From contig NZ_VJXY01000099.1 of NCBI RefSeq assembly GCF_014831675.1, positions 1 to 10,528 of the forward strand: a stretch of 10,528 nucleotides of DNA. Reading direction: 5' to 3'. The notes beneath the pieces were generated by a model, which ran no database searches, was not told the origin of the DNA, and saw only the letters and a program-made list of their open reading frames with translations. Source of the DNA: Komarekiella delphini-convector SJRDD-AB1 (lineage in GTDB: Bacteria; Cyanobacteriota; Cyanobacteriia; Cyanobacteriales; Nostocaceae). Numbering within the stretch: position 1 is the stretch's first letter; each line of letters begins with the position of its first letter. Both the position numbers and the translations under genes were made by a program. This document shows, piece by piece, positions 1 through 6,106 of the stretch.

Positions 1-174
1 AGTATCTTCTTTGGCAAAGCTATCTCCAATAGACAACATCGGTTTAATAAACTATTACGTCCTACAGCCCGAAACTAAGGGAACATCTAGTACATAAGGT
101 AAGAAAACTTGTCTTTTGTGGGCTGCTGTGCTATCTCCATACTTGTATACATAGTTGCACAAGCTTCAGCATTA

Positions 175-205
175 TTGACCGACTACAAGCAAAATTACAT
201 AAATT
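175..205 (+). promoter_or_regulatory. Candidate sigma70-type promoter for the recombinase gene
   Basis: TTGACC lies at 175-180. After a 17-nt spacer comes CATAAA at 198-203, with TAAATT at 200-205 as an alternative -10. This would give a 5' UTR of roughly 100 nt containing the 255-299 inverted repeat. The call rests on hexamer resemblance only. Confidence 0.2.
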
Positions 206-254
206 AGTCAATTAAATAAAGTGAGTTGGAATGCCCATAACGAGGGAGAATAAA

Positions 255-299
255 AATCAGACACTATAAAACCAGACGAAACTGTGCTTGTGTCTGATT
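255..299. repeat. Perfect 10-bp inverted repeat (AATCAGACAC / GTGTCTGATT) with a 25-nt spacer, just upstream of the recombinase RBS
   Basis: Arms at 255-264 and 290-299 are exact reverse complements. GGGAG (305-309) and the ATG at 317 follow directly. It could be an operator, a 5' UTR hairpin or a recombinase-binding element. The function cannot be determined from the sequence. Confidence 0.5.
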
Positions 300-316
300 A
301 ATTAGGGAGTATAAGA

Positions 317-1246
317 ATGACGCTCTCTGTTGTCCACATAAACAAGTACCGCAAGGCGATCGCTTCTCTTGGGGCAGTGCAGGCAGAGGCGAAGTTGATT
401 GCGCTATGGCTGGATGGAAAAGCTGATTCTTCTGTCCAGGCATATCGGCGCTACATTAGGCGGTTCTTAGATTTCTTGGACAAGCCCCTCAAGAAAGTAA
501 CTTATGAAGATTTGGTGGAATACAGTACACAATTCCAGGGGCAAGCTGACAGTACCCGGCGAATTTACATTGCCGCAGTCAAAAGCCTGATTAGTTTCGC
601 TCACAAAATTGGATATATCCCTTTTAATGTTGGTATGGCAATAAAGCTGGGTGAACTGCCGGATGTCATTAATGAACGCTATTTAGACGAAGCAGACATC
701 AAATTAATGGTGCGGGCAGCACAAAAACATCTAGAACTTGCCACAACTCCTAAGCGACAATATACAGCTAAAAGAAATTTACTGATAATTAAGCTGCTGT
801 ACCAAGCAGGGCTTAGGGCCAACGAAATCTGTCAGTTAACTTGGGCAGACTTAACTCCCAGAAACGAAAGTGGTCAGGTGTACGTGCGAAAAGCTAAAGG
901 CAGCAAAAACCGTACCATCCTCATCAAGCCGAAGTTATGGACTGAACTAATGGAGTTTAAGTCAGATGCTAGTGCTACAGATGCAGTTTTCTCCAGTCAA
1001 AAGGGTGGACACTTGGAGCGCCAAAATTTACACCCGATAGTGAAAGCGATCGCAGCCGTTGCTGGACTAAGTGATAAAGTGTCAGCTCACTGGTTGCGTC
1101 ATGCCCACGGGTCACATGCCATTGAGAGAGGAACCAACCCTGTACTGGTAAAAGATACTTTGGGTCACTCCAACCTGGCAATTACTGACCGCTACCTCAA
1201 AGCTAGACCCAACGACAGCAGTGCTTTAAACTTAATGGATCTTTGA
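317..1246 (+). CDS. Tyrosine recombinase (phage-integrase / XerC-XerD-like family)
   Basis: The 309-aa ORF has an ATG preceded by GGGAG 7 nt upstream. The N-terminal part resembles a SAM-like core-binding domain (YRRYIRRFLDFL...TYEDLVEY...RRIYIAAVKSLISFA). The catalytic signature is complete: R167 (AGLRANE), H258-x-x-R261 (HWLRH), H284 (LGHSNLAIT) and Y293 (DRYL). Confidence 0.92.
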   Translation: MTLSVVHINKYRKAIASLGAVQAEAKLIALWLDGKADSSVQAYRRYIRRFLDFLDKPLKKVTYEDLVEYSTQFQGQADSTRRIYIAAVKSLISFAHKIGYIPFNVGMAIKLGELPDVINERYLDEADIKLMVRAAQKHLELATTPKRQYTAKRNLLIIKLLYQAGLRANEICQLTWADLTPRNESGQVYVRKAKGSKNRTILIKPKLWTELMEFKSDASATDAVFSSQKGGHLERQNLHPIVKAIAAVAGLSDKVSAHWLRHAHGSHAIERGTNPVLVKDTLGHSNLAITDRYLKARPNDSSALNLMDL

Positions 1247-1476
1247 CATTTACGCAGTTTGCTCTGCGGAAATCTACCAATTTCTGACCATTCACCACTC
1301 GAATAGCCAAATACTGCCGCAGCAAAACTCTCGACTTGCCCCCAGTTGCACGTGTGAACAGCAACTTGCGGGCCGACAATCAGCACTCAGCGCGATCGCT
1401 CTTTGTTATAAAGTGGAGCATATAAGGAGAGTACAACAGATACAGCCAAGCCAAATTGTAACTAAAAACTGAGCAA

Positions 1477-1746
1477 TTGAAGACCCAAGCCGACCACACG
1501 GAGAACATCAAAAATCTAGCGACCAGTTGCAATCAGCTAGGGATAGCCTTGAGCGCATTAAATCTAACGTCGCAGCAACAGCTAGAGCAATTGACTCACT
1601 TAACCAAACTCTCAGCCAATTTGAGCAATGTTTCCCCACAGCAACCAGAGACATTGAGCCAACCGTTGCAAGAACAATTGAACGAGATTCAGGCGAAGAT
1701 TTCTCTATTGAACCAAAAAGACGTGGAATCGGTCGTTAAAGGTTAG
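1477..1746 (+). CDS. Hypothetical Q/L/S-rich helical protein (TTG start); the reading frame is uncertain
   Basis: This 89-codon frame has no ATG. TTG at 1477 is the first possible start and there is no clear SD. An overlapping frame (1527-1739, also TTG-initiated) is equally open. The frame ends at TAG 1744-1746 but continues in frame for a further 68 sense codons (see findings). Confidence 0.3.
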   Translation: MKTQADHTENIKNLATSCNQLGIALSALNLTSQQQLEQLTHLTKLSANLSNVSPQQPETLSQPLQEQLNEIQAKISLLNQKDVESVVKG

Positions 1747-1815
1747 GGTAGAGCTTTTATTATCTGGCTTGTCTCTCCGATCTCATTTTTTATTCTGTTT
1801 TGGTTTTATTCACAC

Positions 1816-1953
1816 ATGACCCCAATCCCTACTCCTATTGAAACTACCGAGTCTCTACAGAAAATTTTGCAGAATACTGATTGGAGTAATGCCAAGCTTC
1901 AACGGGTTGAGAAAAAGTTGGGGACAGATCCTAATCAGAGACGGCGGCGGTAA
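1816..1953 (+). CDS. Possible 45-aa basic-tailed small protein, or the distal part of an amber-interrupted gene
   Basis: ATG at 1816 opens MTPIPTPIETTESLQKILQNTDWSNAKLQRVEKKLGTDPNQRRRR, ending at TAA 1951-1953. It is below the ORF-track cutoff and lacks a convincing SD. It shares its frame with 1477-1746. Confidence 0.2.
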   Translation: MTPIPTPIETTESLQKILQNTDWSNAKLQRVEKKLGTDPNQRRRR

Positions 1954-2107
1954 AAAAATGATGTTGAAAACGTGATTTAAAACAACTGTGTCTGCATTAC
2001 ACGTAATGGAGATTTGGTGTAATCAAAAAATTATGTGAATTTACGGAATCTCTTAGAGAAACCATGTATATTCAGTAAAATATGCTGCTCAAGAAGGTAG
2101 ATAGTAC

Positions 2108-2530
2108 ATGGAGCCACTAACAGCGGGTGCGATCGCTTTTACAACATGGGTGGTGGGTAAACTGATTGACTGGTCAACAGACAAAACTTTTGATATAGCT
2201 TCGGAACGGCTGATGCAACTGATAAAGCAGAAATCGCCAGACACAGCCAAAACCTTAACGGCAGCAGCAGGACGTGCAGCTTTAGTGCCTGATGAGAGAG
2301 AAGATATTGGGGAAGCTGTCTTGGTGGAAGAAGTGAAAAAGGCCGCAGCTAAAGACCCGGAAATTAAAGCAGCAGTACAAGCATTAGGAAATGATGTAAA
2401 TCAAACTGTAAAGGAGAATACTGAAGTTGAAAAGCGTTTGACAACTGTGATTGAAAATTGGCAAGGCATTAACATCAAAGGCGGAAAGCCAACTATCAGC
2501 AACAATACCTTCAATTTTGGTAACAAATGA
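2108..2530 (+). CDS. Small helical protein with a hydrophobic N-terminal helix and a C-terminal N/Q/G-rich motif; candidate Bell-like membrane-targeting executioner
   Basis: The 140-aa ORF has GAAGG about 11 nt upstream of the ATG. The N-terminus is MEPLTAGAIAFTTWVVGKLIDW, followed by a charged Ala/Lys/Glu-rich helical body. The C-terminal peptide ENWQGINIKGGKPTISNNTFNF recurs in the next gene. The stop overlaps the next start (ATGA at 2527-2530). Confidence 0.85.
   Translation: MEPLTAGAIAFTTWVVGKLIDWSTDKTFDIASERLMQLIKQKSPDTAKTLTAAAGRAALVPDEREDIGEAVLVEEVKKAAAKDPEIKAAVQALGNDVNQTVKENTEVEKRLTTVIENWQGINIKGGKPTISNNTFNFGNK
2453..2518 (+). other. Copy 1 of the shared 22-aa motif (residues 116-137 of the 140-aa protein); candidate amyloid signalling or adaptor motif
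   Basis: ENWQGINIKGGKPTISNNTFNF, ending 3 residues before the stop codon. Confidence 0.7.
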
Positions 2531-5500
2531 CTAATGAAAACTGGCAAGGTATCAATATAAAAGGCGGAAATCCGATTATTAAGGATAATAATATTATCTT
2601 TGAGTCGCCTGAAGAAAATCCCCCAAATAATATTTTATTTCAAGGTTCTGCCAACTTTGTAGGGCGAGAGCTAGAACTGAGGATAGTAAGTGAAAAGTTG
2701 CACAAATCAAGTGTAGTAGCAATATCTGCTATGTCAGGTATGGGAGGAGTGGGCAAAACGGAATTAGCAACACAGTATGCACGAAGATATGAAGCAGATT
2801 ATTCAGGAGGCATTTGTTGGTTAAGTGCAAGAGAATTAAATCTAGCAGCACAAGTTGTGCAGTTTGCTAGTGAGCAAATGAAATTAGAAGTACCGCAGCA
2901 GAATGTGAACGGAGAGGCGCTAAGTCTGAGTGAACAGGTAACTTGGTGTTGGCGAAACTGGCGACCGCAACAAGGGTTAGTGTTGGTAGTTCTAGACGAT
3001 GTTACAGAATTAGAAAGTTGTCGGGAGTTTTTGCCGAGTAGTAACCGTTTTCGTGTACTGATCACAACGCGGCGACGAAATTTAGACTCGAATATTTATG
3101 AGATACCTCTAGATGTGCTGTCAGCACCAGAAGCTTTGCAGTTGTTAACAGCCTTAGTGGGTGAAACAAAAGTCAAGCGTGAATTAGAGACAGCCAAAGA
3201 GTTATGTGAATGGTTGGGATATTTGCCGTTAGGGTTGGAATTGGTAGGGGGGTATATAGCAAAAAAGCCTCCCAATTGGACTATAGCAAAAATGTTGCAG
3301 AGGCTAAAAGAGCAGCAATTAAAAGATGAAGCGCTTAATGTAGAGCAGCAAAAATTACAAAAAACTTTAAGTACAGCACAGCGAGGGGTATTAGCAGCAT
3401 TTGAGTTAAGTTGGCTGGAGCTGGAACATAGAACTCAAAATGTTGCAATATTGTTGAGTTTATTTGCTCCAGGGATTTTTATATGGGAGTGGGTAGAATC
3501 TACAGTTGGTTCACTCAAATGGGTGGCGAGTGATGCTGATACAGCAAATGAGCAATTATATGAACGTAATTTGATTCAATGGGTAGAAGATACGGATGGA
3601 AACTATAAAATCAAAATACATCCTTTAATTCGGGAGTTTTTAAAAGTCAAGCTAGCACTCTCAGAACAAGCTTATGATTTGAAGTCGGCTTTTGTGAAAA
3701 CATTTGTAGAAATTGCCCAAACAATCTCTCCTCCACTTACTCAAGAGAACATTAAATTATTAAAAGATGCAATACCGCATTTGGCGGAGGTAGCACAAAA
3801 TCTAACTGATGTACTTAGTAATGAAAATTTAAGCCAGCCCTTTGTTGGCTTAGGTAGATTTTATCAGGAACAGGGGTTGTATACTTTAGCAGAACCTTGG
3901 TATGAAGGATGCATATCAGCATTAAAAGCCCGTTTTGGGGAAGAACATCCTGAGGTTGCAGCCACTTGTAACAACTTGGCTCTACTCTACAGAAGTCAAG
4001 GAAAATACATGGAAGCAGAACCTCTGTACCTCAAAGCATTATCCTTAGAGCAAGAGCTGCTGGGAGAGGAGCATCTTGAGGTTGCAACCACTTATAACAA
4101 CTTGGCAGTACTCTACAAAAGACAAGGTAGGTACACAGAAGCAGAACCTCTCTATCTCAAAGCATTATCCTTAAGGCAAAAGCTGCTGGGGGAGGAGCAT
4201 CCTGAGGTCGCAAGCAATTGCAATAACTTGGGTATGCTCTACGAAAGCCAAGGTAGGTACACAGAAGCAGAACCGCTCTTGCTCAAAGCATTAGAACTTT
4301 GGCAAAGACTGTCGGGGGAGGAGCATCCTCATGTCGCCTTCGCTTACAGCAACTTGGGTATACTCTACGAAAGACAAGGTAGGTACACAGAAGCAGAACC
4401 GCTCTTGCTCAAAGCATTATCCTTAAGGCAAAGGCTGCTGGGGGATGAGCATCCTGATGTTGCAACCAGTTACAACAACTTGGCAGTACTCTACAAAAGC
4501 CAGGGTAGGTATACAGAAGCAGAATCTCTGTACCTCAAAGCATTAGAACTTGAGCAAAGGCTGCTGGGGGAGGAGCATCCTGATGTCGCAACCGCTTACC
4601 ATAACTTGGCTTTCCTCTACTATAGCCAAGGACGGTACATAGAAACAGAACCTCTGTACCTCAAAGTATTAGAACTAAGGCAAAGGCTGCTGGGCGAGGA
4701 GCATCCTGATGTCGCAACCACTTACAAAAGCTTGGCTGAACTCTACGACAACTGGGCTTTAGTCTACGATAACCAAGGACGGTATGCAGAAGCAGAACTC
4801 CTGTACCTCAAACTATTATCCTTAACGCAAAGGTTGCTGGGGGAGGAACATCGTGATGTCCTAACCAGTTACAACCACTTGGCAGGAATCTATTATAGCC
4901 AAGGACGGTACATAGAAGCAGAACCTCTGTTGCTCAAAGCATTATCTTTAAGGCAAATGCTGCTGGGGGAGGAGCATTCTGATGTTGCAATTAGTTACAA
5001 CAATTTGGCTCAACTCTACTATAGCCAAGGTAAGTACACAGAAGCAGAGCCTATGTACCTCAAAGCATTATCCCTAATGCAAAGGCCGCTGCTAGAGGAG
5101 CATTCTTGGATCGCAATCAGTTACAACAACTTAGCAGTAATCTACGAAAGACAAGGTAGATACACAGAGGCAGAACCGATATACCTTAAAGCATTATCCC
5201 TAATGCAAATGCTGCTGGGGGAGGAGCATCCTGATGTCGCAACCAGTTACAACAACTTGGCAGGAATCTACTATAGCCAAGGTAGGTATACAGAAGCAGA
5301 ACCGGTCTTGCTCAAAGCATTAGAACTAGAGCAAAGGCTGCTGGGAGAGGAGCATCGTGCAGTCGCAACCACTTACCACAACTTGGCTCAACTTTACGAA
5401 AAACAAGGAAGGTATACAGAAGCGGAACCTCTGTGCCTCAAAGCATTATCTCTAATGCAAAGACTGCTAGGGGAGAAGCATTATGAGGTCGCAAACAGTT

Positions 5501-5796
5501 ACAACATCTTGGGTCAACTCTACAATAGCCAAGGAAGGTACATAGAGGCAGAACCGCTATTTCTCAAAGCATTAGAACTAAGGCAAAGGCTGCTGGGGGA
5601 GGAGCATCCTGATGTTGCAACTAGTTACAACAGCTTGGCTCAACTCTACAATAGCCAAGGAAAGTACACACAAGCAGAACCGCTTTTGCTCAAAGCCTTG
5701 AGAATTGTTGAACAAAGATTAGGAGTTGCACATCATAACACAATTACTATTCGTAAAAATCTGGAATGGGTGCGAGATGAAATTTCAAAAAGTTAA
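2527..5796 (+). CDS. STAND NTPase with NB-ARC nucleotide-binding module and C-terminal TPR array (bacterial NLR-like protein)
   Basis: The ORF is 1089 aa. Motifs seen: FVGRELEL pre-P-loop motif, Walker A GMGGVGKTELA (aa 71-81), Walker B LVLVVLDDV (aa 151-159), RVLITTR (aa 176-182), GLPL-like GYLPLGL (aa 221-227) and MHD-like IHPLIRE (aa 364-370). About 15 kinesin-light-chain-type 42-aa TPR units follow from aa 449. Confidence 0.95.
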   Translation: MTNENWQGINIKGGNPIIKDNNIIFESPEENPPNNILFQGSANFVGRELELRIVSEKLHKSSVVAISAMSGMGGVGKTELATQYARRYEADYSGGICWLSARELNLAAQVVQFASEQMKLEVPQQNVNGEALSLSEQVTWCWRNWRPQQGLVLVVLDDVTELESCREFLPSSNRFRVLITTRRRNLDSNIYEIPLDVLSAPEALQLLTALVGETKVKRELETAKELCEWLGYLPLGLELVGGYIAKKPPNWTIAKMLQRLKEQQLKDEALNVEQQKLQKTLSTAQRGVLAAFELSWLELEHRTQNVAILLSLFAPGIFIWEWVESTVGSLKWVASDADTANEQLYERNLIQWVEDTDGNYKIKIHPLIREFLKVKLALSEQAYDLKSAFVKTFVEIAQTISPPLTQENIKLLKDAIPHLAEVAQNLTDVLSNENLSQPFVGLGRFYQEQGLYTLAEPWYEGCISALKARFGEEHPEVAATCNNLALLYRSQGKYMEAEPLYLKALSLEQELLGEEHLEVATTYNNLAVLYKRQGRYTEAEPLYLKALSLRQKLLGEEHPEVASNCNNLGMLYESQGRYTEAEPLLLKALELWQRLSGEEHPHVAFAYSNLGILYERQGRYTEAEPLLLKALSLRQRLLGDEHPDVATSYNNLAVLYKSQGRYTEAESLYLKALELEQRLLGEEHPDVATAYHNLAFLYYSQGRYIETEPLYLKVLELRQRLLGEEHPDVATTYKSLAELYDNWALVYDNQGRYAEAELLYLKLLSLTQRLLGEEHRDVLTSYNHLAGIYYSQGRYIEAEPLLLKALSLRQMLLGEEHSDVAISYNNLAQLYYSQGKYTEAEPMYLKALSLMQRPLLEEHSWIAISYNNLAVIYERQGRYTEAEPIYLKALSLMQMLLGEEHPDVATSYNNLAGIYYSQGRYTEAEPVLLKALELEQRLLGEEHRAVATTYHNLAQLYEKQGRYTEAEPLCLKALSLMQRLLGEKHYEVANSYNILGQLYNSQGRYIEAEPLFLKALELRQRLLGEEHPDVATSYNSLAQLYNSQGKYTQAEPLLLKALRIVEQRLGVAHHNTITIRKNLEWVRDEISKS
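2536..2601 (+). other. Copy 2 of the shared 22-aa motif (residues 4-25 of the NB-ARC/TPR protein)
   Basis: ENWQGINIKGGNPIIKDNNIIF is identical to copy 1 at 15 of 22 positions. The first 11 residues are identical despite 5 synonymous nucleotide differences. Confidence 0.7.
2653..3636 (+). other. NB-ARC nucleotide-binding/oligomerisation module of the NTPase
   Basis: It spans FVGRE through the MHD-like IHPLIRE. The order P-loop, hhhhDD, TTR, GLPL, MHD is canonical for the NB-ARC (AP-ATPase) clade. Confidence 0.85.
3871..5700 (+). repeat. Tandem array of 126-bp (42-codon) TPR-coding units: 14 full units plus a degenerate 15th
   Basis: Consensus unit: QGRYTEAEPLYLKALSL.Q.LLGEEHPDVA..YNNLA.LY... 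Phase is strict at 126 nt (for example 4127, 4253, 4379, 4505), except for unit 7, which is 147 nt. A 45-nt perfect match links 4249-4293 with 4375-4419. Confidence 0.95.
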
Positions 5797-5994
5797 TGTA
5801 GCGGAAAGTTGCGATCACTACTGAAGAGAAAAGTAATCACAAAGTCACACCTTGGGTGATCGCAGGGAATTAAGCCAGTGCCGAGCAACAGCGATGCGAG
5901 GCTGCGGCTCTCACTCATGCTTTGAGAGTTCAGCTTTCACGCTCAAAGTAAGAAAGAGTATAATCTGCATTGCTTAATTATTTGCCGCGAACGC

Positions 5995-6106
5995 TTACAA
6001 TTCTGGCCCCGCCTGCCACAGTAAATCCTCACTCCATTGCTTGAGCAGGGCTTTGATAATATAGCTTCAAGTTCAGCGATCGCTCTAATTAACCGTCGCC
6101 ATCATC
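5995..6106 (-). pseudogene. Remnant of a replication-gene paralogue: two non-contiguous pieces of the 934-aa ORF fused together
   Basis: Minus-strand 6095-6051 reads RLIRAIAELEAILSK, against RLIRAIASLEAILSE in the large ORF (8377-8436). This includes a 21-nt exact match, AGCGATCGCTCTAATTAACCG, at 6075-6095 and 8402-8422. After a frame shift, 6051-5995 reads ALLKQWSEDLLWQAGPEL-stop, against ILKRWTSDLRWQAVLEL (7649-7705). Confidence 0.5.

Noticed and set aside
1-39. A minus-strand ATG at 39-37 opens a frame (MLSIGDSFAKEDT...) that leaves the window on the left.
   Set aside because: Only 13 codons are visible, there is no SD, and there is no recognisable motif. It cannot be supported from this window.
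1-316. Expected a tRNA gene or att site next to the recombinase, as is typical for integrative elements.
   Set aside because: I found no cloverleaf-compatible segment or T-loop (GGTTCGAAT-like) motif upstream of the gene, and no terminal direct repeats bracketing the window. The adjacent replication gene makes a plasmid resolution or maintenance role more likely than chromosomal integration.
975-1386. Minus-strand ORFs 975-1181 and 1192-1386, and minus-strand ORF 2799-3065 inside the NTPase gene.
   Set aside because: These lie antisense to, or trail, confidently assigned genes (recombinase and NB-ARC). Their composition is unremarkable and they lack translation signals. Region 1247-1476 is more plausibly intergenic.
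1995-2008. A 14-nt near-palindrome, CATTACACGTAATG, about 100 nt upstream of the small-protein gene, considered as an operator for the NLR module. Nearby -10-like hexamers are TATATT at 2067-2072 and TAAAAT at 2076-2081.
   Set aside because: The palindrome is short and sits in an AT-rich spacer. No acceptable -35 partner was found for either -10 candidate. The evidence is too weak to annotate as a regulatory feature.
3871-5700. The regularly spaced repeats could be mistaken for a CRISPR array or a non-coding satellite.
   Set aside because: The period is 126 nt with no unique spacers. The repeats lie in frame within one long ORF and translate to canonical 42-aa TPR units, so this is a coding tandem repeat.
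5810-5948. Possible terminators between the convergent genes: a 9-bp stem at 5810-5818 / 5856-5864, and a 7-bp stem at 5920-5926 / 5942-5948.
   Set aside because: The loops are long (37 and 15 nt), the stems are short, and no U-tract follows on either strand. They are not convincing intrinsic terminators. The first stem is partly made of HIP1-like GCGATCAC/GTGATCGC sequence.
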